DNA from: Schmidtea polychroa
Lineage: Eukaryota
NCBI GenBank assembly: GCA_044892525.1
Contig: CM097885.1
Location: 45,324,001 to 45,388,000 of the forward strand
Reading direction: 5' to 3'
DNA length: 64,000 bases
Made by a program: the position numbers and the translations under genes. The notes below the pieces were generated by a model that was not told the DNA's origin, did not search any database, and worked only from the letters and a program-made list of their open reading frames with translations. Of this stretch, positions 15,330 to 30,122 are shown one piece after another (position 1 is the stretch's first letter; the number at the start of each line of letters is the position of its first letter).

Positions 15330-16229
15330 TTATTTATTTACAAAAGCTTATAAATTACCTAATTTAAAAATATTGAATGATTTTGATATTGGTAAAGAAA
15401 AAATGAATGTTAATATTTTAAATCGGAAAATTTTCACTTTTCGCGATTTTTCTCTATTTATTTTGTATTTTTTTCTATTATTTTTGAGTATCAAATATTG
15501 ATACAAAATATTGGAAAATTGTTACAAATTAGTTTACAAATTGATTTCTTTACTTCGCACTAATAATGATTATTCTTACATTTATAACCATCTTTTGATA
15601 TTTCTGACGACAAAAATGAATCAAAATATTAGAGAATTTAGAAATAAAATATTAAAATAGAGGTCCTATTTCCTTTTGATTTGAGCGGCAAATTTTACAT
15701 TATGAAATCAAATTTTAATTTATTAAATCTTTGTTTAATTATTTTTTAACGAAATCACTAATCCATTAATTTGTCAACAGTTTTACAGAAAGAACAACAA
15801 CCTCTGTGGATACAACGATCAAACAATTAATTTAATAAATAATACAAATAATACTAATAGTAATTCAAACAATTGTGAAAATTACAATTTCAGTCCTGAA
15901 CAATCGCGGACGCCCAAACCCGGAGATAATAGTAAGTCATGGATGTATTTTTGCTATTATACATATACAATGAAATTCCGCTTTACAATGGCTTTTTAAA
16001 ATCTATTTTCTTTTTTCTTTAAGTTTTGTAAACGAGTATCATGTAAAATATGCTTGGTGTATGTTTTGTGTTTAAAAAAAATGATAATAAAAAAGTCAAA
16101 GAGTTATTAACAGAGCTGATCTTGAAAATGTTGACCAGGTGGTTGTTTTGTTGAGAGGTTATGTTTTTGCAGAATATTACAAAACAGAAATTACGTAATG
16201 AGGAATCATAAACACTTACGTGAGAAAGT

Positions 16230-17078
16230 ATAAAAAGAAATTTAGATGTTGATGTCATTATAGAATAATTTTTAGTTTAAAAGCCCTTTTCGGTCACTGC
16301 GAAGGCCGTTGGAACTTTTGAAATATTAAAAATCTTTTAATAAAAGAAATTTTAATTGACAAGAAAACCTTCATTCTTTTTGACCTGATGTAGATCCTGT
16401 AATATTTGATTATACATCTTGTTTTGCGGTTTTAGTGAAAAAAGAACCTCGCAAGTGCTCATTGGCTTTTTACACAGACATGTAATGCCAACTAAGACGT
16501 TAAGAATATCTCTGAAAAATGTTTTGTCAGCACCCACAAAAGTTATAATCTTTACTAAAAGAAGTTCTCTAAATCAGAGCTTCTCAAACTTTTTTTTACT
16601 TAGCAACCTCATTAACCCTAGCAAATATTCTGCCGATGAAAATAGTAATATAAAATAAAATATTTATTATATTCAAAAAATATTTTATTTTGAAGCCAAT
16701 CTAATGTTTTTTTAGTTACAATCTTCCGTTTTCTTGAAATTTCTACGACCCCATCGTGGGTCGCGACCCACACTTTAAGAATCACTGCTCTAAATCATCG
16801 TATTTTAAGAGATTATTTAGTGTTTCTCTTTTAAGAGGATAAGATGTGAAGTGCTTGTTCGAACTAAGAGCAGAAGTTTCACTTTTCCTGAAAGAAAAAG
16901 GAAACCCACTCTTTGAAAGAAAGGATTTTATTCATGAACTGGCTTACTTGGCAGATATTTTTGTCATATAAATGAGATAAATTTTTCCATTTAAAGTTAT
17001 GAAGTCACTATTATGGTTGCAACTGAAATATTAGAAACCTTTTTATCTAAGTTATCGCTATGGAGAAAGAGAATGAAG
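16230..17078 (+). pseudogene. hAT (Charlie/Buster, ZBED5/SCAND3-like) transposase relic, split by a MITE
   Basis: Degenerate FLHRH..KTL..SLKNVLS..KVI.F.KRSSLN|HRIFKRLF, LFELRAEVSLFL, LAYLADIF, FLSKLSLW; stops and frameshifts. Confidence 0.8.
16575..16787. mobile_element. Charlie-type hAT MITE (213 bp)
   Basis: TIRs CAGAGCTTCTCAAACT / (rc) CAGTGATTCTTAAAGT; exact 8-bp TSD CTCTAAAT (16567-16574, 16788-16795); GGGTCGCGACCC subterminal palindrome. Confidence 0.9.
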
Positions 17079-17499
17079 GTCAAACTTAATAATTCATTAA
17101 TAAAAACTCAATCAATTATATGGAAAAGGAACCTGAGTTTAACTTCTCGTCAATTAGAACTGGATAAAGTCGAGCTGGGACTTACTTATACAATTTTCAA
17201 TGTATTTTTTGAGAAAAAAATCAAAAAAAATTAACCTTAATGAGATGGCTGTTATTGCTTTTATGATACCAGGCCATTAAATCGAATGGTTGTTTTTGAT
17301 AGGGCTGCACTCATATCATCTGTTGCTTTGAAAAGGCAATGATTTGTAGCACTAGCTCTTATAAAATTGACAACCTCCACGAAAGTCGACTTGATTTTAT
17401 TTTAATTTTGGTGTTCAGTTTTCGATGCCAGCCCATGTCGATGAAACAGGCCATGAACGATGTAAATGTGAGTAGGTTCTGTCTTAACCAAGGACATAA

Positions 17500-18100
17500 G
17501 TTTTCACCTATTTCCATTCCTACGAAATGTACCCAACTTCTTATTCCATTTAAGGAAATCGTGAATTACAAAGAACTGTCGAATGAAATTGAAAACATCC
17601 ATGGCCTTTGCAGTAGTTACAAACGGTCTGCAAAATAATCCTTCTTTATTTGAATCGCTGAATGGTAGCTTTATAAGTACAAACTTGGGACTTAGTCTAG
17701 GATAAAAAAAACATAGGTTTTGAATTCGAGAGTGAATCACATAATTTGATAGTGGTATTTCTAAAATTTCTTTGCGACTCTACAGGTTAAATCCAAATTT
17801 TCACAGCACGCATTTATTTCAGGTTTAATTGTATGAGGCTTCATAATTTTGGCAATTATATGTTATTTTAAAGAATGCCTCAAAAGCGAGTCTTTGTTTT
17901 TGGAAATGTCGATTTCTGAAAGAGTTCCAGATACCATGAATCAAGCCCAAGTTTGTCTAAAAACATTCAACTCATCTTTAACATTTTCTGGGTGAGTCTT
18001 TTCTAAATGTTCTCATAATTTTTGCAGGCTTCATATTCTGATTGCAAAGCGCTTTTGCACGCAAAAAAACATTCAGACATTTGAATTCGGCAACTCATAC
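17500..18100 (-). pseudogene. Second hAT transposase relic (N-terminal part, BED-finger region)
   Basis: Minus-strand fragments NMKPAK..EHLEKTHPEN, KPHTI, IPLSNYVIHSRI, TTAKAMDVFN..FF..HD; many disruptions. Confidence 0.65.
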
Positions 18101-18263
18101 TAAAAAGCTATAACTAGTGGCGGATTCTATCTTAACATCGGGCGCCGCAAGTCAAGGGGTACAAACTTTTGGGTGTTTAATTTTACATTTTAACCCATAA
18201 TTTAAAAGGTAAAAAAAGAATTTAATAAAAAAAATAGAAAACATAGTTAACTTATATAGAAGT

Positions 18264-21200
18264 AATTAGATATCGTTTTTGTTTAAATAATTTGGAGTTT
18301 GCGGATTTTGTAAAAAATTAAAACTTGTTATTTATAAATTCTTTGAATTAATTTTTTATATTATAATTAAAATTAATTATTATATTATTGGTTTCAAGAT
18401 TTTTGCTGCGAAATTTAAAGATGGATTTAATTGGTGACCACGCCAAAAATCAAAATATCAACGCCATTTCGAAATCGACAAAATCGCTAATGGAATGCCT
18501 ACCGAAATCATGTCAAGATATGCTCACTCTGAACATCAGATGATATGATGGACGAGGTTTAAAAGAAGCTGAAGAATGGATCAGGGATATAGAAAAATGG
18601 TTGCTGACAAATGGACAGCGATTGACAAGCACTTTCGATGTGTAATTAATGACAGAAGCAAAGACATTGTGGGGAAACGTCAGAGAAACAGAAACAACAG
18701 ATGTGAAAGCCAAAGTGTGGTTCTTACATACATTCACAATTATAAAATCAATAACTGACAAAATCAGAGAATTGTTAGCTATGGACAGGAAGATGATGAA
18801 TGGTTTGCAGCTTTTGAGATACGGCTAAGGAAAGCTTTAGCTGAAGTTGTAAATTCAGGACGATCAGAAGAAGATATTGTTCAAGACCTCATCGCAAATA
18901 AAGCGCGCGATGCAAGACTGAGGGAGATGCTATTGACGAAACCAGAAACAAAAATTGAAGAAACGAGATCATTGGCGAAAATTTTTGAAAATAACAAAAA
19001 TGGAAACAATAAAACGGAATTTATTAAAGCAATCGGTGTAAAAACATACGCTAGCGTGACTGAGGGAGGGCAGATGAGAATTCAAAAGAATACCCAAGAT
19101 CCTATGCCTACATCACCACAAAGAAAACTACCAGAAGAGTCATTTAGTCACCACAGATCAAGAAGAGACGAACATCCTATACGCGGACCAATACAATAAT
19201 AAGGAAATAACCATGGTAGTCAGGAACAATCTCCAAGAGAACAATTCTTGAGAAATACGAGAATCCCGAATAGCTCAGAAAGGAAGCTGCCAACAATATC
19301 CATGAAGAATATAGCAAGGAGGCTGTACAACGAAAGTATAGGACTGCCACAAGCATCGGTTCCAAAATTAACGGTAGGTGATTGTTTTTGCTGTGGCGAA
19401 AGGGGACATAGAAGGTATGAGTGTCCACTGGGAAATAAAGCCTGATATGTGGCAAGGAAGGACACGGGTTCCGAGATTGTTTTTCGATACGGAAAGAGGT
19501 TCCACGCCGATATCAGAAAATAGCGTGCATGGAAGAAGAAGATTCAAAATCTGAAAGAAGAGAATACAAGGAGAACAGCCAGGATTTCAGAACTGCTCAC
19601 AGCGACATAGAAGATAGATACAATGTCCCTGAGAAATATACTATATTGAGAGAACACGGAAAAAACAACAGCGACTCCATGGGTTTCATTTCGTAGGTGG
19701 AGTCAAGACAATAAATTGTGAAATAAGAAATGAATGACGAAGAGACGAGGCAAAAGAAGAGATGTACCAGACGGACGATGGAAAAATTGGAGTAAAATAA
19801 TGTTGAATAATGCCGAAACAGAGATGTTATGGGACTCTGGAGCATCAGTAACAGTCATAAGCAATAATTTGTGGGAGAAAATAGGCAAATCAGAACTTCA
19901 ACCTAGTATGATATCATTATGAGTAGTAGTTTACCTAGATGATATCTTGGTATATGGTAAAAGTCAAAAAGACCACGATGAGCTATTAAGGGAACTATTC
20001 AGAAGAATTCAAATGGCAGGAATAAAGATAAATCCAGAAAAATGCAAATTCAATAAAACATAATTGTGTTTCCTTGGTTACACAGTAAACGAGAAAGGTG
20101 TCCAGACAAACGGAAGAAAGTGGAAGAGATCGAGAAAGCAGAAGTACCAAAATGTTCAAAACAATTGAGATCGTTTCTCGGATTAACGAATTACTATAGA
20201 AGATTCATTAAAGACTATGCCAAAATCACCGAACCATTATACGCTGCAACATCTGGATGCGATAAAGATATAAATTGGACTAAAGAATGCAACGAGAACT
20301 TCCAAACTCTGAAGAGACGGTTGTGCGAAACACCTATCCTTGATTTTCCAAGAGAAGATAAGACTTTTATCTTAGACACAGACGCTAATTTCGGAGCAAT
20401 TGGTGCAGTTTTGAGTCAAAGATGGAGAAGAATCTGTCATAGCTTATGGCTCGAGACAGATGTCATCACAAGAAAAGGGATACTGTGTAACCAGGAAAGA
20501 ACTGCTCGCCGTACATGAATACTATCATGCATTTTAGAGAATATCTGTACGGGAAAAAAATCATAATTCGCACAGACCACAAAGCATTGGTTTTCATGAA
20601 CACTACATAAACGCCAATCAGTCCGTAGTTCCAAACATGGTTAGCTAACCTGTCGCAATATGATTTTGAACTAAAATATCGGAAAGGCGAAGAACACTCG
20701 AATGCAGATGGACTATCAAGATTAAAAAGTATGATTTGCACCCAGTGTCAAACAAGACATGAAGAAGCTAAGGAAGGAAAATCAAAGATTATATATACTA
20801 TCCAAAGAACAGAAGGTATGGAAAAAGTATGGGGACAACAACAAAAGGACATTCAGTTTCGAGAGCTGCGAGAGATATTGGAAAATGGATGTAAACGGGA
20901 GAAAAAGAACTGTTTCCCTTAAAAGTAAAAAATACACGAATTGATGGATGCTTAATAACAGTAGAAAAGAACAAAAATATCTTAATGTTAGTCCCAGAAA
21001 CATTTGCAGGCCTGTTAACAACAACGCTACATGAAGAACTATGTCATATTGGAGTTAAGAAATTATTTCATTATATGGAAAAGATATTTTATTGGCCGAA
21101 AATGCAAGAGATAATCCAACTCTGTTTACGATGTTGCGAGATCTGCGCTAAGAGAAAGATCGATCAGACAAGAACTAAGGAAACATTTATTCATAGATAT

Positions 21201-22116
21201 AGCTCTGAATTCCTAGAACAGATTGTTATAGATGTGGCTTACATGGAAATAAACGTCATAAAAATATATGGTAGTAATGGTGGACCGTTTTAGCAAACTG
21301 ATTTTTTAACTGCAATCACGAAGCAAGACGAAGGGACAATTTTGAAAACAATACTTAATAGTTGGATCTATCGATTTGGAAAACCGAAGAGCATTTTAAC
21401 AGATAGAAATTTCGAATGGAATTTCCTAAGACAGAAGCTACAGAAACTTGGAATCAAACAGGAATTCAGCTCACCTTACCAGCACCAATCAAATGGTTTA
21501 GCCGAACGAGCCATACGAACGATAAGAGATCTTATTACAGCAACATTGGCAGGTGGATGTCTAGAGAGAAACTGGCACGAACTTCTACCCAGAATAGAGT
21601 TCACTATAAATTGCAGTCGACAGAGTGCTACAGGTTTATCACCATTTGAGATAATTTATGGACGGAGTGGTAACCTACACTCTAACCTGAAACAAGCCGA
21701 GATATCAAGAAGCGAAAGAATCGAAGACGCGAGATTTAACTTGAGTAAAGCCGCAGACACTATGATAACTATGGATAAGACAAAGAGGGCACTTCTGTTT
21801 TCGAGGTGGGGGAGGAGTTACTTGTACGTAAAGAGCCGAAGAACAGGCACAAGGATGTTCCATATAAAATCGCCATATTTCTATCACTTCATCGAGTCGA
21901 ACTACATTCACAAGAAGGAACGAAAGAAAGAAGAATCGAGTGGCTGAAGAAGTGGAAAAATTCTTAAGAAGGGAGAGTTAGATATCTTTTTGTTTAAATA
22001 ATTTGGAGTTAACGGTTTTTGTAAAAAATTAAAACTTGTTATTTATAAATTCTTTGATTAAATATATATTGCTGGTTTCAAGATTTTTGCTGCGAAATTT
22101 AAAGATGGATTTAACT
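18264..22116 (+). mobile_element. Gypsy/Ty3 LTR retrotransposon, degenerate and internally deleted
   Basis: LTRs 18264-18432 and 21976-22116; 5-bp TSD GAAGT; PBS TGGTGACCAC at 18432; PPT AAGAAGGGAG; gag knuckle CFCCGERGHRRYEC; protease LWDSGASVTVI; RT YLDD; RNase H FILDTDA and TDHKAL; integrase HEELCH..CEIC and QSNGLAERAIRT. Confidence 0.95.
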
Positions 22117-22735
22117 GAAGTTTTAAAATATATTAATGTAATTAAAAATCTAAATACAAAACTTTTTAGAGAAAATTATGATTGTTAAAATATATAATCA
22201 TTATGAGGCTTTTTTATATATAACTAAAAATTAAATACAATTACAATTAAAAAATGGGTTCTGTCTAATTCTGTCTTGCAATTAATTTCATAATTAAAAA
22301 AATTATTTGTGTTTTATTTATATTTATTTGAAATGATGTATTGTTTTAGTAGAACAGTTTATTTAATTTCTTATTTAACAAATTTAAATTATTATGTTTT
22401 TTATTTGATTATGTTTTTTTATTTATTTATTTTAAAAATCATTTACTTTTAATGAACTGATAAACATTCAAAAAATAGTTAAGAATACAGTGGTATACCA
22501 TAAACATATTCTTATTATTGTTTTTGAAATTTATTTGTGTTTTAAACTAATAACAATTAATTCTTATTTTCTTTTTTACATTTTAAATTAAGAGATAAAA
22601 TAAAAAACTTAAGACCCAAAAATAGCCTATTACCCAGCCTTCTAATGGTTGATTATTTATTGATAATGAAGCTTACTTTGATTTATAAGAATTTTTTTAC
22701 CAATTTCACCACTCATTATTATTATTTCCATTGAA

Positions 22736-22879
22736 TTTATTAAAAAGAGAGCTTGAAGACTATAAATCAGTAATATATCAATGTTTTTTGATACTCACGA
22801 ATTTTCGGCATTGCCTTTTTTTCAAGTGAATTTGAAATATATAACTGATTTATAGTCTTCAAGCTCTCATTTTAATAAA
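22736..22879. repeat. 144-bp fold-back element with ~42-bp inverted arms (MITE-like)
   Basis: TTTATTAAAAAGAGAGCTTGAAGACTATAAATCAG matches the reverse complement of the right end; no clean TSD seen. Confidence 0.75.
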
Positions 22880-24686
22880 CTTACATTGATTGATTAGATT
22901 GCTGGGAAGTGAGGGGGTAGTAAAAGATAATTTATAATGAACATATTAGGATTAAATTATATATAAAAGGAATTTTTCACCAAATGCTTAAGAATATTTA
23001 TCAATTATAAAACAATTTGCTATTATGTATTAATTTTGAGTTTGTGGTCAAAAATGATTGAATTTTTAACAGTCAGTGACATACTCAATAATATTTTATT
23101 ATACATCATAAACAAGCATGTATAATTTAAGAAGGTCGCCGTTCCTCACTTGAGCATGTGCAAAATTGACAATAACAAGCGATAGTGTCTGAAAAGGGCA
23201 AGTACGTTAAGTGGTTAAAAGTAACACCAAGAAATCAAAAACAAATAAACTTTAATTGATTGTAAATTTTATAGCTTTCCAAAATAGTTACCCGAAGCAA
23301 CAAAATGAAAGAAAAATAATAAAGCAACAAGCAGTTGTTTTTTTACCATAAACACTATAAAATTTTAACAATTCTACATGTTGCGATCGAGTATACAAAC
23401 ACAATAAATAAGTAAACACCAAAAGTAAATAAATAATAAATGTCAATTTGTACATTTTGCTAATAATCATAAATATATTTTTGAATATTTTAACGAGCGG
23501 GTTATTTATGTCATGATAATCAGAGTTTATCTAAATAAATATTATTTAAAAGTTTTTAAAGAATATGTACGTACGTAAGCCATTACTTACTATTTCAGTA
23601 AGCATATCAACAAAAAATTATTTTCTCAAAATACTTATGGATATATATTTTACTCTTTCCTTGTTTGAATTTTTTTACGGGCCCTTTTGTTGTGCTAGAA
23701 CCCGATAGATTTAGAATTTTTTTAAACGCTCCGAAAAAACATACGCAACGCACAAGGTTGAACTAAAATTCCTTATTATAAACCAAGTAAAAATAAGTAA
23801 GATAAAATAACCAAGTGGCTAAAAAATTGTGGTTACTAAAAATACTAACTGAAAGTCTTTTGGAAATTTACGTGCATCCATGTATGGATAAATCAACGCG
23901 CGGGCATATATACATAATTTGAAAGATTAGTGCTTGATGTTGATGAATAGAGAAACTGACGCATGTAATAATGAAATCTCTTACCTGATTAAAGAGATTG
24001 ATAAGCACACTCGAATCGACCAAACCAGACTTTTTCATATTAATAGATATTGGAAAGCAGTTTATTAATCTCGAAACTAGTTTCCATGTTTTGAAATTTT
24101 GTTTGATCATTAAGACTAGTTGACGATTTACTAATTTTATAAACCTTTTGGATTATAAGTAGTAAGTATTGTTTTTTGTGAAACAATTATTGGAAGTTAA
24201 TGTCTCTTATACAATACCTCTAATTTTATTTCTGTTGGATATTTATTACATAGGTACTAGTTTTTTATTCCTCGGTGTCCTTATTCAAATAAATCGAACA
24301 AACCAACACAATAACGTTTATTCAAATTACCACAATAGTTTACAACAACTGTATATCAACGTGATTTTCAACGACACTTCAAATCTGACTATTTTTAATA
24401 ACAATATTAATCTACACATTTTTCAAATACAATTTTATTCTCTCGCGCTGGGATAAGTTTTCATTTTGGTACACTAAGAATATATTACTATGGATTCGCA
24501 TTAAGTTATTTTTGTCTTTATTCTAACCTTCGAAATTTCTATCTTTCTCTTCGTCCAACTGGCAATTTCACAAGATTGTCTCGTATTTTTATATTGGCCT
24601 CACAATTCCTTTTTTGGAATTTATTAATTTGGTTTACTAATATAACATTTAACCTATATAAGTTTTTGAGTGCCGGAACTCCTTAC

Positions 24687-24740
<54 letters not shown>

Positions 24741-25037
24741 ATGGAAATTATTTATAGATATCTGATTAACGATGATTTATTTAATTTCTAGTTATAAAAA
24801 ATGTAGATAATTCAGTGTATTTCAACTCTTCAAATTAATTAAAATTAAAATTAAATGAAATTTAGTCGTCGTTTGAAAACGATAAATTATGCATCAATTT
24901 TACAGTTGGCAAGCCGTCTTAAATGTTTTATTTTGTGAGATAAAGTAAATATAGAACATCCTGAATTATTTATTTGGAAAATAACGTAAAAATTTGATGA
25001 AAATTATTGAATTCTCTCCTGAATTTCAGTTTATCAG

Positions 25038-25343
25038 AAAATTAGCGCTAATATCGAATTGCCAACGGCAAAAACAAGAAAACCAATAATAGATGATCAA
25101 ATTTTATCCACCCATGACGATGCCCCCAGCTTTCTATCAAGTTATGGCATCAGTGAACAGGAGTCCCAGCCAAGGGCACTTAACAGCAGATATCAAACCT
25201 TAAACAGCACTGGCAAATCAAAAACGATAAATTCCGCAACTCTTGATATTGTTGACAATATGTATTCAGATTCCAACAACGTCACTATTGATAACGTAAA
25301 TGTTACTCCGAAAAAGTCTTTTATTGCTTCATCTTTTGTGTAA
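25038..25343 (+). CDS. Probable protocadherin last exon (cytoplasmic tail ending -SSFV)
   Basis: Acceptor TTTATCAG| at 25037 is phase-0 compatible with donor 12528; 101 Ser/Thr/Asn-rich codons ending in a class I PDZ-binding-type S-x-V. The link across the 12.5-kb intron is inferred. Confidence 0.75.
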   Translation, partial: KISANIELPTAKTRKPIIDDQILSTHDDAPSFLSSYGISEQESQPRALNSRYQTLNSTGKSKTINSATLDIVDNMYSDSNNVTIDNVNVTPKKSFIASSFV

Positions 25344-25471
25344 ATTATTTTTTTAATTGAATCTGAAAGATTAGACTAGTCTTATAAAGTGATTATGAAA
25401 ATTTTAAACATCTTGTACATCTTTGTAATAAATTCAAATTTGATTCCATTTACCGATAAGCTATATTATAA

Positions 25472-25763
<292 letters not shown>

Positions 25764-27645
25764 GGATGTCATTATGTCAAAACAAAATATAAATAATCCG
25801 AGATTTATTTTTGTTTTTTCTAATTTCATGTATTTGATACGGAATTAAATTAAATTGCTATTGCACTTATTCAATCCGTGGCAAAAATTAATGAATAATT
25901 AAAGAAATTGTATATGATTTATAAAGCAATGAGTGATCAAGAATTCATCTGTGATGGAAAGTGATATTATATTTCGTTTTTCATTTTAAACGCAATCTTT
26001 TAACAGATTTGCTTTGTAATTTTGTTTGTTTTAACGTTATAATGGGTTTTGTTTAATGTTTCCTATTCAATAAATTATATCAATAAACATTTAGACAAAG
26101 TCTGTGAAATAATTAATATTTTCTAGAGAAATAAAATCAGACACATATTTGAGTATCCTCCACATACTTACCACGTTGTTAAACTATTTCTTTTCATTTT
26201 CTCTGCAAAATATATTTAATATAAATTTAGAAAATATGGTCAATGTAATTTTCATATAATTCATTGGGAAGATTGAACTCTAACTTATTCAAAGAGGCAA
26301 ATTTAAATGTATTCAGGGATTTCGGGTAGAGCATCGGGGAATTTATTTATTGAATCTTTTTATCCATCTTGATTCATTGAGCCGATAAATAAGCTTTTAC
26401 AAAATAGTTTAAAATTGGATAAACAAAACAATAAACATATTGGAAAATATTATATATTGTTGAGGTTGTAAAAGTAAATTATTAAATGATGTTAAATTGA
26501 ATAGTTTCGAGTAAAAAGAAAACCGAAATTGAACGAAAAGGAATGGTGATCAAGCAGAGAAGTAATGGCGAATAAGATATTACGAAAACAGAACTTTAAA
26601 AGGGTACAATTTGACACGAAATGGAAAAATCCGCAAATCTGAGGAAGTGGAATAAAGAAAAAATGTTATAGAAATTGACGCTGCAAAGCGGGAGAGGTGT
26701 AGATTAGAGAGTGGTGAAGAAGACAGTGAGCAAGAAATTGTTAGAAAATGTTAAGAAATGGTCGAAAAACAGGCAAATATGGAAAAACACAAACTATTAA
26801 TTAATTAATTAATTGGCTAATGGAAAACCCGACCTAATGGAGATCCCGAGCGCGGAAAGTTTGGAGAATAAACAAACTGGGAATTTAGAGGGGAACTATC
26901 CAAACAGTCTGGTAAACGATGGTAAACAAAAGAAGGGAAATAAAAAAGGGTCAACAGAAATAACTACTTAGAGAACGATAACTAAGGAATTCAAAACCAA
27001 TTAGGTCAAAAACAGAGTAATTACAACGATTATTGGAGTATATAAGGAAACTCCAAATTCATATAATGGGCAGTAGCCTGAAATAGGGAATAAAAAACCG
27101 GCAATAGGAATTTGAGGAACAAAGTCAAGAACTGAAAAGGGAATTATAAGAGGAACTGAAGTTAGAAAAAGGAGTATTTAATTTTGGGACACATGGAGTC
27201 AAAGTTACCAATGATCGACTTTTTAGTATCATAAAACCCAACAATATTATGGACAATTAGTTAGTTTTCTATACAGTACTGAGTTCAATACTAAAATACA
27301 AACTGAAGCAAATTTCCCATATATGTTGTAAAAGTCAAAAGGACGTTACATTTACCGAAATTTAGTAATAAGATGTAATTGTAATGTTGGATTGTAATAT
27401 TTGACCAATGTTACTAAAATATCAACCATTCTCCTTTGCTTATGTTTGACAATAATGAAAATAAATATTTCTGAAAACTTGAACCATAGAGAAATAAGTC
27501 GAAATAATAAAATATTACTAAAATAGAAAGCGAGTTCGTAGAAAAAGAGAAAGGATTAAATACAAACAAAAAATAATTAATAAAAACAAATTTATTACAA
27601 AAGTATTGGAATGAAATAAATGAAAAATTGACAAAACCCATAAAA

Positions 27646-28028
<383 letters not shown>

Positions 28029-29019
28029 GTTACAATGACTTTGGCCTTAAAACCTATTATTTAAATAATTGCTGTTATTATTCATAATAACCTAACAAAT
28101 TATTAGAACCCTTGAAATATTAATAATGTAGCTACATTGGTGGGTCAATTTTCATAAAGCTTCGAACATATAGTATAGGAAGTTATCAAACATCCAGAAA
28201 CGGTTTTATTAGAGCGTTATCAGGTGGAAACATTTTTGTTGTCGAAATGCTTTGAAGAAAAAAAATAATGCAAGAAACAATCGAAAAATTGATGAAATTA
28301 GAAAACTTACAAAACTTGACTTCTTTATCAATTTTCTTTCACATTTGTTGAAACAATTTACTAATGTGATTTACTGAAGACTGCAGAAAACCTTTAATCT
28401 TCAAATTATTTGACCAGGGGACTATTAACCAGATGAAACGTATTTACAAAAATACGTTACAATTTCAATTATTAAAGACTAATACATACTTTGAAGAAAG
28501 CTTTATTACTCAGACCAAAGGTAAGCATCGTTTAATTCAAAAATCAGTGAAGAAATTATTTTCTCATAAAGATTTCCTGTGATTTATGTAACATTTACAA
28601 TAAATTTATATGGTTTTCATGAAAATCTTTAAGATAATTAAGAGATTTCTCCAATAATTAACAGTCTGAATTAGTGTTAGAAATTCGTACAATTTAGTCG
28701 GCTTTTGGAAGCAAACCTTTCCATACTTCCTTATTAACATAATTGTCAATTTATCAGTCAAACTTCCTGTAATCAGTCGTCTTTCGTTTAAAACATTAAC
28801 ATCCACCGCAACTTCAGTACTATTTCGGTAATATTCTGGAGTAGTTATTATACACGCAAAACTATAACACGTTTTTGTGTTTATAACTAACAGAACAGAG
28901 ATATTTTTATATTTCAATAATATGATACATGGACAAACTGGGCTAAAACAATGCATAAGATTAAGTTCATGGAGTGACATAGAATCATAGATAGTGATAT
29001 TTTGTGTTTTTTGATGTCA

Positions 29020-29077
29020 ACCCTTGTGATGGTGTCACCCGGTGCAGTTGGCATAGTGGCCCATAGTGACGCCACTG
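29020..29077. mobile_element. hAT-type terminal sequence (partner end not found)
   Basis: GTCACCC repeats ending GTGACGCCACTG (rc CAGTGGCGTCAC). Confidence 0.5.
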
Positions 29078-30122
29078 TTATCCATCATCAACAATAATAT
29101 GTTTAATAATATCAAAAAACCTCTTGTCATTCAATATTATATTTTTATAATAATGTTAATATGGGGGTCATTATCCCGCCTTACCTCATTTTTATTTAAA
29201 AATATTCATACATTATTCTCCTGTCATTATAGTAGAATTTGGAGTGAACTTAGTGATGATAGTTCCATAACTGCTACCATCAGCATCTAATCAAGTTCTC
29301 TCTTATTTCCATTTCACAAATAAGTACGATATCTTTGCGTTAAACCTATCTACTTGCATTATACCTTTAGTAGTATACTATCATTCGAACAAACTTTTGC
29401 CATAATTTAATGAAAATTGGTGCATAGGAAAGATTTTCTCGAATTAAAATCGATATTGGTCAAAAACAATGATTTAGTTTTTCTTTTTCAAATTTGAAAT
29501 GCGAACTGATATTTGCATTAGGTGAACTTTTAACACTGATAACATAATAATATATGAAAAACAAAAATTGATGTTGATGCAATTATACATCCAATAAAGA
29601 GGTGAAGTGTTACGATGTTCCACAAGTTGTTACGATTCCAGATTTTTGAATACATTTTAATTTTGTTGAAAAAACAACGTAGCAAGAATACTAAAATATT
29701 TAAACAACGTAATTTTTGTTTATTTCATCAATAATGCATTTGTAATTTTAATTTAAATAATTAAAAAAACTTAATAAAATAAATAAAATTAAATGTACAT
29801 GTTTCAGGCATTACACTTAAAATAATTAGTTTTAAAATTTTAAATAATTGTCATAGACCTTTGTGTGTATTTTTCATTATAGAATAAGCGCATCCACAAT
29901 AAATACCGAACGATATATACTTCCTATGATATATACTACATCAGTTGGAATAACATCATTTATACTTTATTAGTATGTATGTCCTACGCTTCATTCGTGA
30001 TTTTTGAAATTTATTTCTTTTTGAAATCTTTTAAATTTAAAAAATATGGCTATTAAGGTTTCTATTTTGATTTGATAAAGATATGAAATCATTATTCAAG
30101 CTCTTCAATATTAGCTGTATTC

